DNA of 64,000 bases from Bacteriovoracaceae bacterium. GTDB taxonomy: Bacteria; Bdellovibrionota; Bacteriovoracia; Bacteriovoracales; Bacteriovoracaceae. This document shows, in pieces, positions 59,013 to 64,000 of the stretch. Numbering within the stretch: the stretch's first letter is position 1; each line of letters begins with the position of its first letter. A program made the translations under genes and the position numbers. The stretch lies in NCBI GenBank assembly GCA_048270185.1, contig JBLWTJ010000001.1, forward strand, positions 1-64,000, read 5' to 3'. The notes under the pieces are model-generated. The model had not been told where the DNA came from and ran no database searches. It saw nothing but the letters and a program-made list of their open reading frames with translations.

Positions 59013-60422
59013 ATGGATTTTTGCCAAATTCTATCAGCAAAACAAAAAGCATTACAAATTAATTTAGATAGTAATATTTACGGAAGTTTCGCCGAAATCG
59101 GTGCGGGGCAAGAAGTCGCACGTGAGTTCTTTAGGGCCGGTGGTGCCGCCGGGACAATTGCAAAAACAATGTCGGCCTACGATATGCAGATTTCAGATGC
59201 GATTTATGGTGTCGAAGAGTCGGGTCGCTACGTTTCACAAGGACGACTTTATAAGATGCTCGATACTGAATTCTCTAAGATGTACAAACGTCTTAAAGAC
59301 GAGCGCGGCAATAGCACTAAGTTTTTTACTTTTGCCGACACTGTCGCAGCTAAGAGCTATTCTGGACGTGGTGAATGTCATGGATGGTTAGGAGTTCGCT
59401 TTCAACATGAAAGGGGAGCTGAGCCTTCGGATCTAATTATTCACGTTAATATGCTTGACCAAGAAAACCTGCAACAACAAGAGGCCGTGGGTTATCTTGG
59501 TGTAAATATGATTCATAGTTGCTTCTATAATGCACATGAACATGGCCAAGGTCACTTTGTTGCTTCCCTTATGGATAACCTTTCATCAAGTCGTTTAAGA
59601 ATCGATATGATCGATGTGAGAGGTCCTGCTTTTAAAGGACTTGATCCACGTATTCTATCTCTTGAACTTGTTAAGAGAAAATTCACTTCGGCCGTTATGT
59701 TTGATGAGAACGGAAGTGTTGTGCAGATTAAAGATTATCTCTACCGTAAACCACTTGTTGTTCTAAGGGGATCATTTAGGCCACCAACGAAAGGAAATAT
59801 TGATGCCCTTAAAGTTGGCCGTGAACATCTATGTACAACTGAGAAGTGTGAGAATGTTGTGACTCTATCTGAGATCTCAATGTCTAAACTTCTATCTCGT
59901 TCTGAAGCAATCGATAATGCCGATTTTCTTGCAAGAGTTGATGTTCTAGCAAAGCTTAAGCAAAAAGTACTTATTACAAATTTTGCTTCTTATTTTGAGT
60001 TAAATCAATTCTTACAACCAATTTCAAAAAGTGAAATTGCTTTCATTACAAATACATATAATTTAAATGAGATCCTAAATATTAAACAATATGCAGATGC
60101 TAAGTTTGGTATTCTTGGAGGTCTTGGAGAGTTATTTGGATTAAATACTAAACTTTACCTCTATCCATGTGCCGATGATAACGATCCAAATAATCGTCTT
60201 GGATTTGATGATGTTACTTATGATAAGTCGCTTGAGTTTCTTGTGAAGTACTTAAGAGACAATAAGCTTATCGTCGAACTTGAAAATTATGATTTTGAAG
60301 CTTCTGGTATTTGGTCACGTACTGTAATTGAGATGATTGAAAATGGACAGTCTGGTTGGGAAAATATGCTTCCTGATGAAGTTGTCGACTTAGTTAAAAA
60401 GAATAAACTTTTTAAAAACTAA
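59013..60422 (+). CDS. Conserved protein with degenerate nucleotidyltransferase-like C-terminal domain
   Basis: YGSFAEIGAGQEVAR N-terminus; RGSFRPPT and SRTVIEMI..G...W...LP resemble the NadD-type fold. Confidence 0.6.
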   Translation: MDFCQILSAKQKALQINLDSNIYGSFAEIGAGQEVAREFFRAGGAAGTIAKTMSAYDMQISDAIYGVEESGRYVSQGRLYKMLDTEFSKMYKRLKDERGNSTKFFTFADTVAAKSYSGRGECHGWLGVRFQHERGAEPSDLIIHVNMLDQENLQQQEAVGYLGVNMIHSCFYNAHEHGQGHFVASLMDNLSSSRLRIDMIDVRGPAFKGLDPRILSLELVKRKFTSAVMFDENGSVVQIKDYLYRKPLVVLRGSFRPPTKGNIDALKVGREHLCTTEKCENVVTLSEISMSKLLSRSEAIDNADFLARVDVLAKLKQKVLITNFASYFELNQFLQPISKSEIAFITNTYNLNEILNIKQYADAKFGILGGLGELFGLNTKLYLYPCADDNDPNNRLGFDDVTYDKSLEFLVKYLRDNKLIVELENYDFEASGIWSRTVIEMIENGQSGWENMLPDEVVDLVKKNKLFKN

Positions 60423-60435
60423 AACGAGTTTATAT

Positions 60436-62742
60436 ATGAAAAAGGCCTTTGTTGGATTTGTCTCATTAGTTGTTTTCTTGATACTAGGAATTTACTTTGC
60501 ACTACTGGGCTCTTTCCCTGTCATGCAAGGAAGTCTTAAAATTGCAGGCCTTGATTCACTCACAAAGATTTATCGTGATCAGGAGGGGATTGTTCATATT
60601 GATGCTCAAACAAATCACGATATGAACTTTGCACTTGGTTTTGCCATGGCAAGTGATCGTGCCTTTCAGTATGAACTTGTTAGTCGTGCGGGACAAGGGC
60701 GTTTAAGTGAGCTGCTTGGAGCTGATCTTATTCCTGTCGATAAACTTTTTAGAACACTTAACTCTAAGTACATTCGCGATGGGATTTTAGAAAATCTCGA
60801 TCCAAAAGTTAAACGTGATCTAGAGTCTTTTATGGCCGGATATAATTACTATCTTGAAAATAACATCAGGCCAATAGAGTTCTTTCTACTAGGAGCAAAG
60901 CCGATGAAGATCGGTTTTGAAGATATTTACGGTGTCTTTGTTTATTTAAATTACAGCTTTTCTCCTTTTATGAGAAATGAACTAACGAATACCCATATCT
61001 TAGCAAAAGTTAAAGACCGTAACCTTAAGTATCTCTTCGCTAATAATGAAGTCGATCTAAGCTCTAAAATAAGGCACGTTGTTCAAAACTCTGTTATTGA
61101 TTATGAGTCACTACTTGAGGGGATTGGAACTTTTACAGGCTCCAATGCTTGGGCCATAAGTGGGGCCAACTCAAAGTCAAAGAAGCCAATTCTAGCAAGT
61201 GATCCCCATATTAATTACTCAGCTCCAAATATTTGGTTTGAGGCCAATATTAGAAATAAGCAAGAAGATTTCCACATGTATGGACACTTCTTACCTCTTA
61301 TTCCGTTTCCGGCCATGGGCCATAATCGCCAGCATGGTTGGGGGCTTACAATTAGCTACACTGATGATGTCGATCTCTATCAACTTGAAGATGACTATGA
61401 AGTTATTCGTGTAGAAGACTCATTAATAAAGGTAAAGGGACAGGAGCCAATTGACTTTAGTCTTAAATGGAGTAAGAAAGGACCTGTCGTAACAGAGGTT
61501 GTTCAAGGTGTAAGAAAGGACGCTAAGAATATCGCAGCTCACTTTAGTTTCTATCAAGAAGGAAATAAGCCGATTCAAGGTTTTCACGATTTGAATTATG
61601 CGAAGAATTTTGAAGAAGTGAAAAAGGCCGTAAGTATTGTCAAATCTCCTGGACTTAATATTGTCTATGCCGATCGTGATGGAAATATTGCTAGGCTAAT
61701 TATGGGCGATAGCTATAATCGTAGCCATCCTTTTGAGTCTGACTTTGTTCAAACTCCTGATCGTGAAATTCTTGGGGCCTATGAATTCATGGATAAGCCT
61801 CATGAAATAAACCCGGCCAATGGTTATATTGTATCGGCCAATGATCGTCCAAAGACTATTAAGAACACAATTAATCATCGCGGTGGTTGGCATAGTGATA
61901 ATCGCTACAATACTATCTTAGAGGCCTTGGAGCTTCGTCATGACTGGGATATTGATGGCCAAAAGATGATGCAAACAGCAAGCTTTAGTTCAAATAATAA
62001 GCGTATGGTTAAGCTTATTGAAAAGGCCTTAAAGCTTAGTGATCTCGATGATTTTGAAATGAACGCTCTTTCAATTCTTGTCAATTGGACTGGTCACTCT
62101 CGAAAGGATTTAGTCGGACCTACTATTTTTCATGAAACAAATATGGAGATTAGGCATCTTCTTATGGATGAGCTTGAAGAGGATCGTTTAAAATATTGTA
62201 AGGCCATTAATTCTTGGACTTTCTATTATCGTCTCCTTGATAGGCCAAATGATTTCTGGTGGGATATCAAGAAGACTGGACCGATTGAAGATATGAATGC
62301 TGTCATGGCACAGGCTTTTAAAAACACGATAAAGAAGTTTAGATCAGATCTTGGAGATGATCTTAGTGAGTGGAAATGGGGACGTGTACACCAGTTAAAA
62401 ATGCCACACGCATTTGAAAAGAGTAAGTTGCTTGCCAAGGTTTTTTCTCACGGCCCATATCCCGCTAATGGATCAATTAATAGTATCAACCATATCAGAC
62501 GAGTAACATGTGATAATGGCCACACTCCGGTGACTGGACCTAGTACCAGAAGACTTATTGATTTTTCAAATGTTGATATCTCATATGGAATTCTGCCTTT
62601 AGGAAATTCAGGCCACATGCTTTCACCATTCTATGATAATCAAAGAGAGCGCTTCTTTAATGATGAGTATCGTCCTCAGATTTTTAATTTTGATTTAGTA
62701 AGAAAGAGCGAGGCCAAGATTTTAACTTTGGCCCCGTTATAA
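60436..62742 (+). CDS. Penicillin acylase family (S45) Ntn-hydrolase
   Basis: RDQEGIVHI, GSNAWAI catalytic Ser, ASDPH, WGRVH, GNSG..SPFY. Confidence 0.92.
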   Translation: MKKAFVGFVSLVVFLILGIYFALLGSFPVMQGSLKIAGLDSLTKIYRDQEGIVHIDAQTNHDMNFALGFAMASDRAFQYELVSRAGQGRLSELLGADLIPVDKLFRTLNSKYIRDGILENLDPKVKRDLESFMAGYNYYLENNIRPIEFFLLGAKPMKIGFEDIYGVFVYLNYSFSPFMRNELTNTHILAKVKDRNLKYLFANNEVDLSSKIRHVVQNSVIDYESLLEGIGTFTGSNAWAISGANSKSKKPILASDPHINYSAPNIWFEANIRNKQEDFHMYGHFLPLIPFPAMGHNRQHGWGLTISYTDDVDLYQLEDDYEVIRVEDSLIKVKGQEPIDFSLKWSKKGPVVTEVVQGVRKDAKNIAAHFSFYQEGNKPIQGFHDLNYAKNFEEVKKAVSIVKSPGLNIVYADRDGNIARLIMGDSYNRSHPFESDFVQTPDREILGAYEFMDKPHEINPANGYIVSANDRPKTIKNTINHRGGWHSDNRYNTILEALELRHDWDIDGQKMMQTASFSSNNKRMVKLIEKALKLSDLDDFEMNALSILVNWTGHSRKDLVGPTIFHETNMEIRHLLMDELEEDRLKYCKAINSWTFYYRLLDRPNDFWWDIKKTGPIEDMNAVMAQAFKNTIKKFRSDLGDDLSEWKWGRVHQLKMPHAFEKSKLLAKVFSHGPYPANGSINSINHIRRVTCDNGHTPVTGPSTRRLIDFSNVDISYGILPLGNSGHMLSPFYDNQRERFFNDEYRPQIFNFDLVRKSEAKILTLAPL

Positions 62743-62749
62743 GAAATAT

Positions 62750-64000
62750 CTAACTACAATGAGATTTTGAAGAGCGATTTGGCGCATTCCACCTCTCGCT
62801 CTCAAGTCCTTGAACAACTTGCTTTGATTGTTCAAAATTTACTTCCTCGTTATCGTAAACAACTCCTGCATCTTGTTGCACATGGAGAGTTTGTGTTGGG
62901 AAGGCAAAGTTTATTCCATGGGCCTTGGCCGCTCTTAGAATATCTAATAAGAATTTATGTTTTTCATTTAATTCATCATCCCAGCTATTTACTTGCCAGA
63001 ACATATAGACAAGAACATTTAGAGAACTTGCTCCCATTGAGTTGAAATAAACTTGAAAATTCGACTTGCGTGTTTTTGGATGGGCGATAATAAGCTGTCT
63101 AATGCTCTCACAGAAGTTTTCAATCTTCTCTGGCGGAGTTGCATAATCGATTCCTAGGTTAGTCGAGAAGCGTCTAAATTGTCTTCTCCCAAGGTTGTCG
63201 ATATTGGCACTGATGAGGTTACCATTTGGAACAGATAGAAGTGAGTTATGAAAAGTACGTATTCTCGTTGAACGAAGACCTACTTCTTCCACGATTCCTT
63301 CGATATTATCATTTATTTTAATCCAGTCCCCAATTGTAAATGGATTATCAAATAAGACAGTAAATGAACCAAATAGATTTGAAATAGTATCCTTTGCCGC
63401 AAGAGCGAAGGCAATACCTCCAATACCCATCCCAGCAAGAATTGATTTCATATTTAGTTCAAGGGCATCACCTATAAAGATCACACCAATTGCATAAATG
63501 AAGAAGCGTGCAGTTTTTCTAATCAGTGGGACGACGATATCATCAAATTTATTTTCAGTTTCACGGGCCTTATCTTCTAGATACAAGCAGACAACAGTTA
63601 AAAGCTCATTTAAAAGAATGACAAGGCTTACGGCCATGACAATATCACAGGCCTTAACGATAATCTCTAGAGCATCAGTGGGTAGAGAGATCCAAGTTGA
63701 TAGAACCTTAAAAAGGTAAGAGAAAGTTACGATCCCAAAAGGTGATGTAAGTCTACTTTGCTGTTTTTCACTAAATTTAATATTTCTCTTTTGAAGAATT
63801 GCAATTGTTTTGGAAGCGATATAGTAGCGAATAATTCGATCAAAAATGAAGCATATAATTGTAATACACAGTAAAAGAATCCAATGAATATTTAACAGTA
63901 GAAAACGTTGATTAAATGTCCATGCTGGTAGGTATTCTTTCAAACGGTCTTTAACTGAGCGACTGTAAACAACATCCTTGGCGATAGGTTTGCCTCTTAA
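62750..64000 (-). CDS. MscS-family mechanosensitive channel (5' end beyond window)
   Basis: GIGGIAFALAAKD, PFTIGDWI, EVGLRSTRIRT, FAFPTQ; frame stays open to the window edge. Confidence 0.92.
   Translation of the reverse strand, partial: LRGKPIAKDVVYSRSVKDRLKEYLPAWTFNQRFLLLNIHWILLLCITIICFIFDRIIRYYIASKTIAILQKRNIKFSEKQQSRLTSPFGIVTFSYLFKVLSTWISLPTDALEIIVKACDIVMAVSLVILLNELLTVVCLYLEDKARETENKFDDIVVPLIRKTARFFIYAIGVIFIGDALELNMKSILAGMGIGGIAFALAAKDTISNLFGSFTVLFDNPFTIGDWIKINDNIEGIVEEVGLRSTRIRTFHNSLLSVPNGNLISANIDNLGRRQFRRFSTNLGIDYATPPEKIENFCESIRQLIIAHPKTRKSNFQVYFNSMGASSLNVLVYMFWQVNSWDDELNEKHKFLLDILRAAKAHGINFAFPTQTLHVQQDAGVVYDNEEVNFEQSKQVVQGLESERWNAPNRSSKSHCS

Overview
AT-rich bacterial chromosomal segment. 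Gene content (S74-chaperone fibre adhesin, giant secreted lipoproteins, TPR-winged-helix regulator, several sigma28-like promoters) suggests a predatory Bdellovibrionota such as Halobacteriovorax/Bacteriovorax; this is an inference. The window starts in the 3' part of a 5S rRNA. Housekeeping blocks are rimM-trmD-SPOUT-rplS-rnhB, folC-lptD-surE-M23, thrS-ddl, rimP-nusA-infB-rbfA-truB, rnhA, an FKBP, sufE and hemB. Most unusual items: (1) an operon led by a 948-aa class III aminotransferase-GNAT-degenerate aminotransferase fusion, with a C45 Ntn-hydrolase, a second aminotransferase and a CoA-transferase; (2) a sigma54-preceded beta-barrel plus 1824-aa metzincin lipoprotein pair; (3) a sigma28-preceded surface island (fibre adhesin with a 36-bp tandem repeat, 1560-aa Cys-rich lipoprotein with an FGE/C-type-lectin-like tip, orphan ParA plus partner); (4) two candidate sRNAs, one CsrA-site-like and one with a CU-rich loop complementary to the fibre gene start; (5) two small ORFs absent from the ORF track. 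No CRISPR array, integrase, transposase or reverse transcriptase was seen. All calls come from reading motifs by eye; no searches were run.
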